From Octopus bimaculoides (Eukaryota), in assembly GCF_001194135.2 (NCBI RefSeq), contig NC_068989.1:31166644-31203138 (forward strand): 36,495 nucleotides of DNA. Direction: 5' to 3'. Below are positions 1-11,970 of the stretch, in pieces; position 1 is the stretch's first letter; every line of letters starts with the position of its first letter. The translations under genes and the position numbers were made by a program. The notes under the pieces were generated by a model. That model was given only the letters and a program-made list of their open reading frames with translations, had not been told where the DNA came from and made no database searches.

Positions 1-833
1 TATATATATAAAAATGTGTATGTTTGAAAAAAGAAAAAGAATGACTTCACTGGTAGTTCTAATCAGTTTACTTTTTTATTTTCTAATTTTTTAATAATAT
101 AAATTTTAGTTCATGGATATATCCATTTATGTAAATCTCTTCCGAGCTTTGGTTTAAAAGATAGATGAAATTTCATATGAATTAATTCAAACGTCTATGT
201 TTAGAAGCATGGGCGTTAACTTGGCAAGTATATAACAATTACAATTTTAAAAAAAACAACTAAATTATAACAGACAAAATAATTTAGTAAATAGAATCTA
301 CAAGTATTTCTTTTGATCTCGAATAATATTATACCAAATTTGTTTATCTCAAAGACAATCTTTGGCTATTATAATAACATACAACAACAATATATAAGTA
401 TATAAATTAAGTATCAGGGTCTTACTTAATCTAGAGGCGGTAATAAAATGTGTAAATAAATATAAATGATATACTACTATATTGGCAATATATAACAACT
501 CTTCTCTTTTATTTAAAGGTATTGATATAAAAAAATTGTTTGAAGTCACTAACAAAAAAATGTTCTTTATTTACTTAGTTTATCAGAGGGAGAATTCTGT
601 AATAAATATGAAGAGAAATCTAACAAAAAAATGTTAGGTTTCTTATCTGGAAACAGGTGAGCATTTTTATCTGTTTCTAAATGTGAAAAATACCATATTT
701 GTAAAATAGTAGTGACCATGTGGTTGTAGAATATTGTTACAGTAAGTCTCACCTAACACATATCTTTTTGAAATAAAATGTATTTAAAAACAATGTGGAT
801 CAGAAATCTTTCTTTGTTTTCTTTTAATCATAG

Positions 834-968
834 GTATAGTATTTTTATTATGTCCACCTGTAATATATTATCGTGTGCCTCAGAGATTCAGACAGAAACT
901 TGAACCAGTCACCAGCAGGATTATGTATGTGATGTCATTCTTCAATATTTTTTGGGTTATTATCCGTG
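834..968 (+). CDS. RETREG: Internal coding exon of RETREG/FAM134-like reticulophagy regulator (end of reticulon homology domain)
   Basis: Pyrimidine tract tctttctttgttttcttttaatcatag precedes 834; donor G|gtaagt at 968/969; 135 nt, phase 1-1. Reads IVFLLCPPVIYYRVPQRFRQKLEPVTSRIMYVMSFFNIFWVIIR, resembling the FAM134 L..P.V.Y....R...LEP...L.YSM segment. The 3' boundary is less certain (other GT sites at 925 and 929). Confidence 0.65.
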
Positions 969-1299
969 GTAAGTGCTTTTTGATGTGTGTTACACTTTAT
1001 TTACAGTTAGATGAAAATGTCAATGGATTGTTAATGCTTTCAGTTAAATATTGAGCAAAACATAGAGATAGTTGGTCATAAACTCACTGTGTTGTTTGAT
1101 TGTTATTATACCATGGGCATATTCTTGTAAATAATGTTTTTTAAGCATTTACTAACTTTGCCACCTACTTCAAAGGTGAGATTGACATTTACCTCAAAGC
1201 CACCTTCAGTGATTAATCCAGGGACTTAGACCTAGGCCACGGTAAGTTATTGATCAAACTTAGCTACACTAGCTCTAGAATTTGATGAGAAGGGACCCA

Positions 1300-1620
1300 G
1301 CTGGAAAGAGATCCAGGATGTAGTCATGAGGGCAAAGACAGGTTCAGCCCCATGACTGAATGAAGTATCTTAGAAGTTGTTCAGAAACTGCTTGAAGATG
1401 CTCCATTTCTGTGGAAGACTGCAATGAGGAAGAAAATAAGAGGAACAGGTAAAATATGCTGAGCTGGTAGTGTTATGTCAAGACAACAGGTGGTTATATA
1501 TGGGTTTTAGGCCAGTCTCTCTTCAGCGCCTACAAAATGCTGGACATTGAAAATCATAAAAGCCAGTTAGCACAAGACCGTCAAGCTGGCTATAAAGGTG
1601 GCTATGGATCAGGGAGTATG
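1300..1620 (+). mobile_element. Degenerate RLE-type (HERO/NeSL-like) non-LTR retrotransposon remnant, internally deleted
   Basis: Frameshifted motifs AKTGSAP (cf. RARAGSAPG before RT) at 1331-1350; GF.GQSLFSAYKMLDI and RWLWIR at ~1500-1614, typical of the C-terminus of this clade. Confidence 0.45.
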
Positions 1621-1734
1621 AGCCCAGTCGATACTGGTTGGGGTGTCTTGCGGTGTGTTGATTGTTGAGAGACTCAGAACACTCAATGACCTTTACTAAC
1701 ATCACTGAACATCTGTCTAGATGTGCTTTTATCT

Positions 1735-1896
1735 TTTACCTGTTTCAGTCATTGGACCATGTTGGATTTTAGTCAAATAAATCAACCCCAGTGCTTATTA
1801 TTTCTTTAAGCCTGGTACTTGTTCTAACTGTCACTTTTGCAGAACTGCTAAGTTATGGGAATGTAAACATACCAACACTGGTTGTCAAGCAGTAGT

Positions 1897-1928
<32 letters not shown>

Positions 1929-2080
1929 CTCTCTCTCTCTCTCTCACTGGCTTCTTTCAGTTTGTCTGCCAAATCCACTCACAAGGCTTTCCTATAGTAG
2001 AAAATATTTGCTCAGGGTGCCACACAGAGGGACTGAACCCGGGGCCATGTGGTTGGGATACTAACTTCTTACCACGCAGC
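1735..2080 (-). mobile_element. tRNA-derived SINE, family 1 (decayed, internal CT/CA microsatellite)
   Basis: Collinear with 27615-27985; B-box-like GGTTCAGTCCC on the - strand at 2029-2039. Confidence 0.8.
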
Positions 2081-2474
2081 TGCAAAAAACAAATAGTGAC
2101 TGGACAAAAAATGAACAGATATGTCAGTTATCTGAAAAGCAAGAGTAAAATGAGTAATAACATATTTAAAGTAATTAAAATTAAGCTTTTATTAAAGAGA
2201 AAAATGATCATTATTTCAATAAATATTTTGGTCAAGTAAGGCAGGGGAATTTGAATTTATTAAAAATAGAATCACTACTTTTAAGAACAATCTATATCTT
2301 TTATCATGTACTTGCAATGAGGTAGGTTAATTGTTTTCATTTGTACAATAACTGTCAAATTTTTGAGCTGAGTATATTCATTAAACAAGTAACTTCTGTT
2401 GTAATGTCTCTTTTTTTTTTTTCTTTTTTCAGAATCCTATATTTTACTCTTGTCTTTCTCATTTAATATTTCAG

Positions 2475-2678
2475 CAATCAGAGGTGATGGCTGCACTACT
2501 GAAAATGAAATCAATTCACATGTGGGATTACCTTCTGATGAAATTAAGCTGAGTGATTTATATCCCGAAGCTGATCCTACAGCACTGTCTACAGCAGCAA
2601 CTGAGAGTGAGGGTGAAAGGACTCCCGATCATCTAACTCCAGCTCTTTCTGAAAACCACTCAATTGAGAATAGTGATG
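2475..2678 (+). CDS. RETREG: Internal coding exon of RETREG/FAM134-like gene (acidic post-RHD region)
   Basis: Acceptor ...atttaatatttcag ends at 2474; donor GATG|gtaagt at 2678/2679; 204 nt, phase 1-1, compatible with both neighbouring exons. Peptide AIRGDGCTTENEINSHVGLPSDEIKLSDLYPEAD...ENSD; DEIKLSDLYP resembles FAM134 ELDFSALCP. An in-frame alternative acceptor gives a 2433 start. Confidence 0.75.
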
Positions 2679-2772
2679 GTAAGTATGGCAGTTTCTTTCT
2701 AACTTTATCTGCTCAAACTCCATGTTTGTTTATTATTATTTTATTTCATTTGTATAAGCTTCTTATTAACCA

Positions 2773-2774
<2 letters not shown>

Positions 2775-2820
<46 letters not shown>

Positions 2821-3010
2821 ATATATGTGTTTGTGTGTGTGTGTATATATATGTATGTATGTATATATATGTGTTTGTGTGTGTGTGTATACATATGTAT
2901 GTATGTATATATATGTGTTTGTGTGTGTGTGTATACATATGTATGTATGTGTACATATGTATATATATGTACATATGTATATATATGTATACATGTATAT
3001 GTACGTATGC
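2775..3010. repeat. Compound (AT)n/(GT)n/(ATGT)n microsatellite
   Basis: Seen directly; explains the multiple overlapping Y/I/V/C-rich ORFs. Confidence 0.95.
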
Positions 3011-3965
3011 TTTTTTTTAATTGTTAAAGCAGCAAAAACATCACAAAATACTGCTACTCAGAGTTTGGCATTCCCATTCATTGGGCATTTGTGGTGAAGA
3101 ATGGAAAAAAGTTGTGATTGTATGTGTAGTATATATTTTGATATGATTCAATTTTGACAAATAAGCACTTGAATTTGATTGGTTAATTTTGCTAACAGTT
3201 TTTTTGGAAGCATGCAAATTGAAACAGTAGATATAAATATACATATATATCATGTAGTATGATATTGGACAAAACCTTGAGTTCTACTTTACCTGTTGAT
3301 GGGCTTTTATGCAGATAGATGTATGTATATCTGTGAGTGTGGGTGTATGTGTGTGCATGCACATGTATGTATATGTAAACCAACAGGTCTACATACAGAC
3401 AGGTAGGTACATAGGGTATATGAACAGACAACCACATATGCAAATAGAGACTGAAACACATGGCCACATATACACACACACTTGTCCACACATATGAAGA
3501 TGTGCACCCATACATACAAACATGGTACATAGCAGCAAAACACACACACACACACTCAGACATGCACACACAAGGAGACAGCGGTACATACATACATATA
3601 CACACATGCACACACATACATAAAAAAAAACACACATATGCAAAATACATACATACATACATGCAAACACACACGTACATACATATATACATACACACAC
3701 ATACATACATATATACATATGCACACACACACAGACATACATACACACACATGCATGCATACATACACACACACTGAGACACACACATGCGCAAAAACAG
3801 AACGCAGCGTAAATAACGGACAGAGTCAAGACTATTGAAAAGGTTGCAAGACGCAACGAAAATTTTAGGAAAATAAAAATAAGAAATAAGTGGAAATTTT
3901 AACAGTGAGTGTGTTAAATTTTAAGCACGATAAGAAAATGACTCTCCCCAGACACAACAGAACAT
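3010..3965 (+). repeat. Unclassified interspersed repeat, split by a microsatellite-rich block (~3170-3830)
   Basis: 3010-3170 (aaaacatcacaaaa..ctgctactcag..gatatgattcaa) and 3830-3965 (ttgaaaaggttgcaagacgcaa..cacaacagaa) match 20680-20835 and 20930-21055 in the same order. Confidence 0.7.
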
Positions 3966-4020
3966 GCTTCAACACACGAAATCACATAAAAAATCTTGCA
4001 AACCAAATCTAAAAACGAAA

Positions 4021-4947
4021 CATAATAATATTATAACATTTATTTAGCCACATGAGTGCCAAGGAAGAAACGATCTGATTGTGGAACCTCCAAGACTGTG
4101 ACAGCTAGGGATTTAAGGAATATTGGCAGCAAGTTATGTGGAATATCTGGACAAACAAGCAAAGCCATTTTCACCACCTCTGGACTCGTGTACCGAAAAC
4201 CACTAGATGTCGCATCCTCAGGACCATGGTTTCTGTGCAAGAACCCCTGAAACTGCCTTCTCACAGGAGTTTGAGGCTTCAATAGACCCAAAAGTACATT
4301 ACATTAAACATGAGTTGTGTTCTGTTCACTGACAAAACCAGGGTGACCCTTGACAAACCTGACAGTTGGGCAAAAAGTTGGGTCTATTTTGGAGATGAGT
4401 GTCACCAACGTTTATGACGTCAACACCAGGGTAGAGGAGTCATGTTGTGGGTTGGTATCATTGGGGACAGACTTGTTGACTCAGTCAGTGTGCCTGAAGA
4501 AGTTAAAGTGACTATAGCCACCTAATGCAATCTCCTGGAAGTGGTCCTGAATCCCTGGCTAGATGACATACTACTGTCATTTTTAAGGCTCATATTCATA
4601 CATGAGAACACTCCTTCCCACTCTGCTAGGACCATTCAAGCATTCCTAGGGTCTTATGGCATACAAAGTGAAAGGTTGATAGTGTGGCTTCTAGCATCTC
4701 GGGATCTCAACCCTATTGAAAATCTTTGGTCCATCACTAAACAAGGTGTTTATGCTGATGGATGCCAATTCATGTTAAAAGATGTCTTATAAGTGACCAT
4801 TGAAGCTGCAGCAGTGGCAGTCTAATTTGCTACTATTAAGAAATTGACAGATTCTGTGACTAATAGGGATTTTGAAGTTACTCCTCGAAATGGCACTCAT
4901 GTGGCTAAATAATTCATTATATCAATAAATGTTATAATATTATTATG
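4021..4947 (+). mobile_element. Tc1-family DNA transposon remnant (pseudogenised transposase)
   Basis: Motifs FTDKTRVTLDKPDSW, GVMLWVGII, FIHENTPSHSA, SRDLNPIENLWS with stops and frameshifts. Perfect 24-bp inverted repeat cataataatattataacatttatt at 4021-4044 and 4924-4947. Confidence 0.85.
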
Positions 4948-5805
4948 GTTTTCTGTGAAATATATACTTAATGTATGCTTAATATGTATCATTAACCTTC
5001 ATTTTCTGAAAAAAAAAATGTCTAGATGGGCTATTTACATTCAAAAGCTATTAGCGTGGTTCATCCAAAAACTGAAGAATCTGAAATAAAAAAGAAAGGA
5101 CATTACACAGAAAGGACATTGCACACATAGCGTGCAAACAAGCTGGGAAAAGTTTTATCAAAATCGATTCACAGAAAACCGAGAAATCCTAAATTTCACT
5201 CCTAAGCTATAAGCGTAGTTCTGCGTGTATATTCCCACAGAAATTCCTTTCGATATCTGGAAAATAGCAGAAGAGAGAACTCTCTCCTTTCAAAATCTAC
5301 TGGTTAGTCTTGGAAAGAGCAGTACCATACAGACACAGCACACAGAGGTTCAGTGAGGTGCAATTTATACCTAAGTGAAAAATTCTTCATCCTCTTCCAG
5401 GATGCATATACTTTAAACCAAAGGTCAGAACTCTTAAATTGTTGCAAGCATGCTTCAAAGTATAGAATGACTAATGTAAAAATCCCATACAGATAGCAAA
5501 AAATTGGTATTTGCATTTGATAATTTCACTTAAATTGACAAAAAGCTATCATATATCACCTCACATAACCTTCATTTCAGCTCTTTTCATTTCAAGAAAC
5601 CTTCAACTATATATAAATTATATATAAGAACTCTTTAATACTCTTAAATTTACCCTCCCGAAAACTACAAGAAATTTTATATAAATAGTCTTTTGCCTAC
5701 TGAACATTTCAACAATGATAGTTTTAAATATGCACCCAAAAAGACAATCCATCATTGTCCATGTATTTTGTAAGTTCTTATTAATCATTAATATTTTTTA
5801 TTAAT

Positions 5806-6366
5806 ATTATTATTATTATTGAGTGAGAGACCAGTGCATGCCATCAAAGTGACATTGGGGTAAAATATATGAAGTTCAGTATACCCATCATGACTACCCA
5901 TCTGATAAGGGTACACCAAGCACATGCATCACAAACATATGTGTGCGACATGGTGATCACATATCAAGATAAACAGCACTTGACCTTGCAGGTGGCACCC
6001 AGTTAGAATTTTCCTCAGGTTGAGTTGCATATCCTCAAAAAGTCCCTGAATAAGAGCTGTCTAAGGGTGTTGAACGAAACACCCATGTTTCCAATGGTGA
6101 ATTATCCAAACCCCAAAGAATTCCTCTCAACACATGATTATGATGCTTCCCCACTACTTCTGCTTGTGATCGGAGATGCACATATCGTCAGCCACTAAGG
6201 GACATGCTTACCTGGTTAAGGTCAAACAACCGACAAGTAACTTTATGGTATTGAGCAGAATATTTGCTGTTGCTCATCTTTTATACCAATACAAAACAAT
6301 GTACATGATAACACTTCCAATCAGTTAAGATCAGAAGCCATGAGAGCCACTGCCTGGTACTGCATC
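5806..6366 (-). mobile_element. Non-coding ~560-bp retroposed repeat with (AAT)n tail
   Basis: Reverse-complement copy of 21761-22393; (TTA)n runs on both sides. Confidence 0.8.
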
Positions 6367-7379
6367 TATTATTATTATAAGGTGCCCCTGCACATGTGAG
6401 AAATTATATATAATATGAAGTTCAAATTTACAGAAAACAAAATATGAAGATTAGTGAGGGAGCAACAAACAGGTGTGTTGGTTTGAGACTGGAAAAGAAT
6501 AGAAAAGTTTTTGATGTTTTGAGCCTACACTCTTCAACGGAAAGGGTTGAGAAGAAAAAAAATGTCTAGGAATTAACATGAATGGCCAGAAGAAAGATGC
6601 TTAGTGAAGGGGAGATAATAATGGTAACCCAGCTGAACTAGGATGTGTAAGCATGTATATGTATGTAAGAATGGTGTGTGTATGTGTGAATGTGGGCAAG
6701 CTTAAAATTATGTGAGCCTGTATGTGCATATGGGAGTGTGTATGTGTGTCAGTAACCCAGTGCATGGAGTGATGTGTGCTTTATATATTTGTGTGCAAAC
6801 ACTTGTGTGTAGCAGCTAATATGTGCTTGTTCAAGTGGTGCGTGACCTTAGAGTGTGTGTGTGTGTTTATGTGCAAAAGTTGTATGTGGTTATGCATGTT
6901 GTGTACATGTGTATATTGTCTGTATTTCTACATATTGTGTGCATATGCATAGTGTGTTTTTAGGAGTGAATACTGTGTGTTGGGGGGAATGCTTGGAGGT
7001 GTAAGATGGGATAAAGGTGATGAGAGGTAGGTATTGTGTGTGGGAGTGTGCATAATGGTGTGTGGTATGGCTACTGAGTTAAACAGTGTGTAGGGGTTTT
7101 TGTATAGTGGTTGGTGTGTGCGTAATGGTGTGTGTTATGGGTACTGGGAGGTGTTGGATGCTATTTTATGTGGAGTGGGTCAGTGTGTGTGAGTGCATGG
7201 TCATGTGGGCATGTGTGTAATGGTATTTGGTGTGAGTACTGAGTTGAACAGTGAGTATGGGTGTTTGTATAATGGTGTGTGTGGTGAGGGTACTGGGTTA
7301 GGTGGTGTACAGGAGTGGAGGGGAGAGGCAGTTAAAGGTGGGAGATGTGTGAGGTTGGTTTTAGATGAAGAGAAGCAGT

Positions 7380-7803
7380 AAATTAAGGCCATAAGGAGCA
7401 AAGGGATGAAAAGAGATCAATTCCGGTTCACAGCAGAGCTGGGAGGCTGGATGGCCTCTTTTCAAAGACAGTTCAAACATGGAAAGATGTTGTAGTGAAT
7501 GACCAGTCAAGTAGAAGTAGTGTGAGACTGGTGTGTCATTGCTGAGTTTGATGTCTTGGAGGTGCTCAGTGAACCAGTCAGCCAATGTACAGGGAAGGAC
7601 AGAGAGAGCAGGAAATGCAGTAGATGACATTGTTGGAGGTGTAGGTAAAGGGGTCAGTGATCTGATAGGAGTGGTGGTGGGTGCTGGTGAGGATAATGAC
7701 ATTAAAGAACTAGGGGCAGCTGTGACAGTGTAGTTGAGAGCAAGGGAGAGAGTCAGGTTGGGTGCGAGGAATAGCACAAAAACTACAGACCAGAAAGTCA
7801 CGT
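7380..7803 (-). mobile_element. Penelope-like element fragment: GIY-YIG endonuclease
   Basis: The - strand reads PFTYTSNNVIYCISCSLCPSLYIG, then LADWFTEHLQDIKLSNDTPVSHYF...GHSLQHLSMF...PYGLN after a frameshift; this is the VIY...YIG / EH signature of PLE endonucleases. Confidence 0.8.
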
Positions 7804-7804
7804 T

Positions 7805-8130
7805 CCAAAAGTCCCAGCTATCTTGTCTAGAGTGGAGACCATGTACTGCAGTAGCTTGGGATTCAAGAACCCACAGCTGTTTAATGCCTTGCAAAATATC
7901 TGAGGGATCTTCATAGAATAGGGATAGATGTTTTCAAGAAACAACTGGATCTCCTGCTGTCCAAGGTCCCAAATGAGCCTATATCATGGCAAGAAGCTTA
8001 AAAGAGGGAAGCTCTGTTGAACCCCCTCCTTCACCAAAAGCCAATTACATAAGAATGACCACTTAAAAGGTGATTACACTGGTGGTGCCTCCAGTATGGC
8101 CATAGTCCTTGGGCTGAAACATAAAAAAAA
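7805..8130 (+). mobile_element. CR1/L2-type LINE 3' end fragment
   Basis: TMYCSSLGFKNPQLFNAL..LRDLH and DVFKKQLDLLLSKVPNEP, followed by a short 3' UTR ending gggctgaaacataaaaaaaataa. Confidence 0.6.
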
Positions 8131-8271
8131 TAAGTCTATATATGTCACACACACTCACACACATATATATATATGTGTGTATGTATATATATATCTATAT
8201 ATGTATAGGTATGTATATACGTATGCATATAAAAATAATGGCAAATGGAGACAAACACTCAAGATGTTATT

Positions 8272-8441
8272 TAAATCATTTATATCACCATATCACCAAC
8301 ATATGTTTTGATAGATGCATTAAAATAAATCCGAGAGGATGAATAATGTGGAACAATGCATCAATCTTATCAGGGAGGATATAAACAACAGTGTGTGTAT
8401 CAATAAGTCATTTTAACAGATGTAAGAAACTACAATATATG
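8272..8441 (-). repeat. 170-bp repeat carrying a decayed hammerhead motif (copy 1)
   Basis: About 4 differences from 18616-18785. The - strand has CTGATAA, a 12-bp stem II, AAAA and palindromic CATATG. An inverted 36-bp piece of the same family sits at 8226-8261. Confidence 0.8.
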
Positions 8442-8694
8442 GCATCTATATTGGCAGACAGGACTGAACCCTTAATACCAAATGAACCAAGGATTAACAT
8501 CAAGGACCATAAAAAGAACTTCCAGGATAATCCTAATTTGCCCAACTAAGTCCGATATAGGTCGACTTAGCAAATCTGTTCTGGATACTATACTACCCCG
8601 AATAATTCCTAATCTATGGTTTAATACGGATGAAGTGATATATTGGCTTAAATCCATTGAAAATATACGTAATTATTTGTTTATTGAGTTTGAT

Positions 8695-8926
8695 TTTTAT
8701 GTCTTTATTGCCCACAGGGGGCTAAACATAGAGGGGAAAACAAGGACAGACAAATGTATTAAGCTGATTACATCGATCCCAGTGCATAACTGGTACTTAT
8801 TTAATCGACCCCGAAAGGATGAAAGACAAAGTCGACATCGGCGGAATTTGAACTCAGAATGTAACAGCAGGCGAAATTCCACTAAGCTTTCGCCTGGCGT
8901 GCTAACGTTTCTGCCAGCTCGCCGCC
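8695..8926 (-). mobile_element. tRNA-derived SINE, family 2, full length, inserted in the PLE RT
   Basis: The - strand begins ggcggcgagctggcagaaacgttagc (A-box-like) and contains gagttcaaattcc (B-box-like). Flanked by ttattgagtttgat (8681-8694) and ttattcaatttgat (8927-8940), 12/14 identical, a probable target-site duplication. Confidence 0.85.
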
Positions 8927-10805
8927 TTATTCAATTTGATATTAACAGTTATTATTCTAGTATATTTCCTATTTTTAACAAATCTCTAATTTTTGCAAAA
9001 AACCTTTCTCTTATAACTAGAGATTAAATTTACATTATTCTTTTAGCTAGGAAGACTATCATAGAATTTGAGGGTTAGCTATGGACAAGGTCCAATACCC
9101 CTGATAATTTCGATATAGCTTTGGGCTCAAGTGATTCAGCTGAAATCACTAACCTAGTTAGTGCATATCTATTAAGGTGCCTCAAAAGTGTAATCCCTGA
9201 ATTGCAAGGAAGTTTATATAGAGATGATGGTCTGTTCATTATCCCTAGTGACAATAAATCAGTCATAGAAAGAATAAGGAAGAGAATTAGAAAATTTCTT
9301 AAAAGCTTCAACTTAGGTATTACGTTTGAATATGGCACAAAAGTAGCAAATTTCTTAGACACTACATTAAACATTAACTCAGGATTGTACCATCCTTGTA
9401 GGAAACCAGGTGAAGTTACGAGGTACGTAAACAAATTATCAAATCACCCCCACCCCCCAATGTATTAAAATCAGTGGTTAAAAGTATTTCTAGGAGAATT
9501 ACGAAATTATCAGTGAATAAGGACATTTTCAATACCATTCCACCACTACAACCTTGCTTTGTCTAAAGCAGGATACAACAAGGAAATTACTTTTCTTAGT
9601 CCTGAAAATACAGCACCTAAATATAGTGAAAGTAATGAGATTTTAAGTGATAGAGGGATTACAAACTTACTTGGTTGGGAAAACATACCAACTAGAAAAG
9701 CTTCCAGCAAACCCATCAATTTAAATAAAAAAAATAAGCAACAACAGAAAAGTAGATGCTATAACAAGTAGGAATTTTAGTTTAGATAATAAGGGAGATA
9801 AAGGGAATGGACAGGTTGCTCTACTCTATAAGGATCAGAAAAATACTGGTAATAGAGACATACCTAATAATCAAGCCACGATTTTGAAAGGCGTTGAGAG
9901 AACAGGTAGATTCTGCCCTTACATGCGCTGTAAGTCTGAAAATAAGGACTTGATCTGGTATATAACATTCCCGTCAACTGTGCCATGTCCATAAACATAT
10001 ATAGGAAATTTATGACAATTTTAGTAAAAAACTTTCCTGCTTCCCATAGGTACAACAGAATTTTTTCCCGGAAGACAATTAGAATCTCATACTCTACTCT
10101 CCCTAATATGGGTACCATCATAGCAAGGTTAAATAGAAAGGATATTAAATTAGCAAGAGGTGGTAATAATAATAATGTTAATGTCAACACTAACTTAAAC
10201 CCCTACAATGTGAATAACAATATTAATGGAAATGTAGATAATAGAAACAGCAGTACAAATACTTCTAATATATACAATATAGACTATAGCTCTGGGGTCC
10301 ATACTAACACAGGGACTACTGATACACTTGTTGATACTGGGATGAATGTGAATAATACTACAATTGAAGGAAGGAGAGATAATACTGGATATGAAAATAA
10401 CGCATAGTAATAGTAGGATTAATATTAATAGTAATTTTAATAATAATAACGGTATGAATATCAATAATATTAATAGTGGTAATTCTCCTAGTTGCAATTG
10501 TAGGGTTAAATCCCACTGTCCGTTATTAGGCTGATGTCTAACCCAAAACGTACTATAACAACTGTAGCTGGTAACTTTGCATATATAGGATGTTCAATAA
10601 ATATGAAAAAACACATTAATAACCATTTTTCATCGTTTACAATCATTTACAAGCTGTGACCCTAACTTCATACAGTTCTTAGAAGTGTAGTATATTCTGA
10701 GTCACATAAGTAGCAACATGGAATTTCTCTCTCTTCTTGCTCTGTTAGAGAATTTCAGTAAAATTATATTAATGTGTCCAACTGATTAAAATATTCTATT
10801 TGTTT

Positions 10806-10893
10806 ATGCAGCTGAGGATAGCCCTGCATTTAAATTGATGTAATGATTGCATTGTTCAATTAAATGGAGCCACTTGAAATGGTCGTACTGCAT
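10806..10893 (+). ncRNA. Type I hammerhead ribozyme motif at the PLE 3' end (long, partly decayed stem II)
   Basis: Stem I atgcag/ctgcat (6 bp); core CTGAGGA at 10812-10818; stem II catttaaattga/tcaattaaatg; GAAA at 10876-10879; GTA triplet at 10885-10887. The base of stem II pairs poorly. Confidence 0.65.
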
Positions 10894-11799
10894 CACCTCT
10901 TGATATCTTGTTGCTTATTTTGATTTTATTCACCTTTGAGTTGTATGGATAATACCACACTAACTTGGTGCTTCAACTTAAGTACCTAATTCAACTGAAT
11001 CTCAATTATTTCTTATATATATATATATATATATATATATGGAGAGAGAGAGAGAGAGAGTAGTGCTACAACAAAGCAAACAAAAACTTTTGACTTACCT
11101 CTAGGAAGAACATTATATAAATGTATATGCATATATATATACATGTATATGCATATATATATACATGTATATGCATATATATATACATGCATATGCATAT
11201 ATCTATATACATGCATACATACATACATATAAATGCACACATATACATACATGCACACATACATACATACATATAGATATATTGAAAGCAAAGTTGTGTA
11301 GGGAATGATAATAATTTTTAAAATTGCCGTTAAGAAATTTGACAATAAGGCGAGATAAGAAGAGAAGGAAGAGAGAGAGAGAGAGAGAGAATTAAAGGAG
11401 AAATGGAGGTATATGCAAATAGAAAATAAGTGATAGATTGAAAGAAAAGATGAGGTAAAGAATAGGAGGCATGGGAAGTAAGAATAAAGATTATGTTGCA
11501 GATATTATTAGGTAAGGGGTAGATATTATTTGAAATAGCTGAAAGAGTGTTTTTTCCAATGTAAACACGTTCTTTGTAGGTGTTGGCTAGTGTATGTTTG
11601 GAAAAGAGGATAAATAGTTGTTCATTCATACAAAAAGGACAGAATGATTTCCCTTTATCATAGGGAAATGGTCTTGATAAAATTTTTCAATCTAAAGAAA
11701 ATTGTTTATTAGAGTCTTTGAGATGCCAAATTGGTTTACTAAGACCTGTAGAATTATGTTTATTACTGTATTTAAATGCAGAAAGGTGATTCGTGATAT

Positions 11800-11970
11800 G
11801 CTGTTAATATAAATTGAAGTTGGCCGACCATTGTATTCTTTCTTGTCTTCAGGTTCACGGCCAAATGGTTGGGTGGATTCGCGTGAAAAATGGCACACAT
11901 GTGCATAAATTGGAACGTGCTTTCTATTTTTTTCCTAGCCCCCATACTTACAGAGAAAATCGATTAAAAC
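11800..11970 (+). mobile_element. 5' fragment of the same Helitron-like family as 15842-16900
   Basis: Reverse complement aligns to ~16725-16895 (aatcgattttctc..gggggctaggaaaaaaata..tgtgccatttttcacgcgaatc..aagacaagaaagaatac). Confidence 0.7.

Larger units (their letters stand above)
8442..11010 (+). mobile_element. 5'-truncated Penelope-like element (RT + GIY-YIG), pseudogenised
   Basis: Collinear motifs IKDHKKNFQDNP, CPTKSDIGRLSK, IQFDINSYYSSI, GSSDSAEITNLV, LYRDDGL, ANFLD, SNHP, LIWYNIP...IRISYSTLPNMG, CNCR..CPLLG.CLTQNV and AYIGCS...NHFSSF; HHR downstream at 10806-10893. Confidence 0.9.

Noticed and set aside
186-263. Frame reading CLEAWALTWQVYNNYNFKKNN, reminiscent of FAM134 AEVW...FKKQN
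   Set aside because: Bounded by in-frame stops with no usable splice sites; probably coincidental.
579-656. Possible upstream exon LSEGEFCNKYEEKSNKKMLGFLSGN (tag|...|gtgagc)
   Set aside because: It is phase 2-2, incompatible with the phase 1 exon at 834 without another exon, and its resemblance to FAM134 is too weak.
2679-3856. Long ORFs rich in Y/I/V/C/H/T, including the 3' part of ORF 2450-3097; likewise ORFs at 11013-11345, 12045-12573 and 25117-25708
   Set aside because: They are translations of (AT)n/(GT)n/(CA)n microsatellites or read through N gaps; only 2433/2475-2678 behaves as an exon.
6500-6545. - strand ttgaaga gtgtaggctc aaaa catc, hammerhead-like, downstream of the GIY-YIG fragment
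   Set aside because: Both core elements deviate (TTGAAGA, AAAA); the position is suggestive but the motif is not supportable alone.
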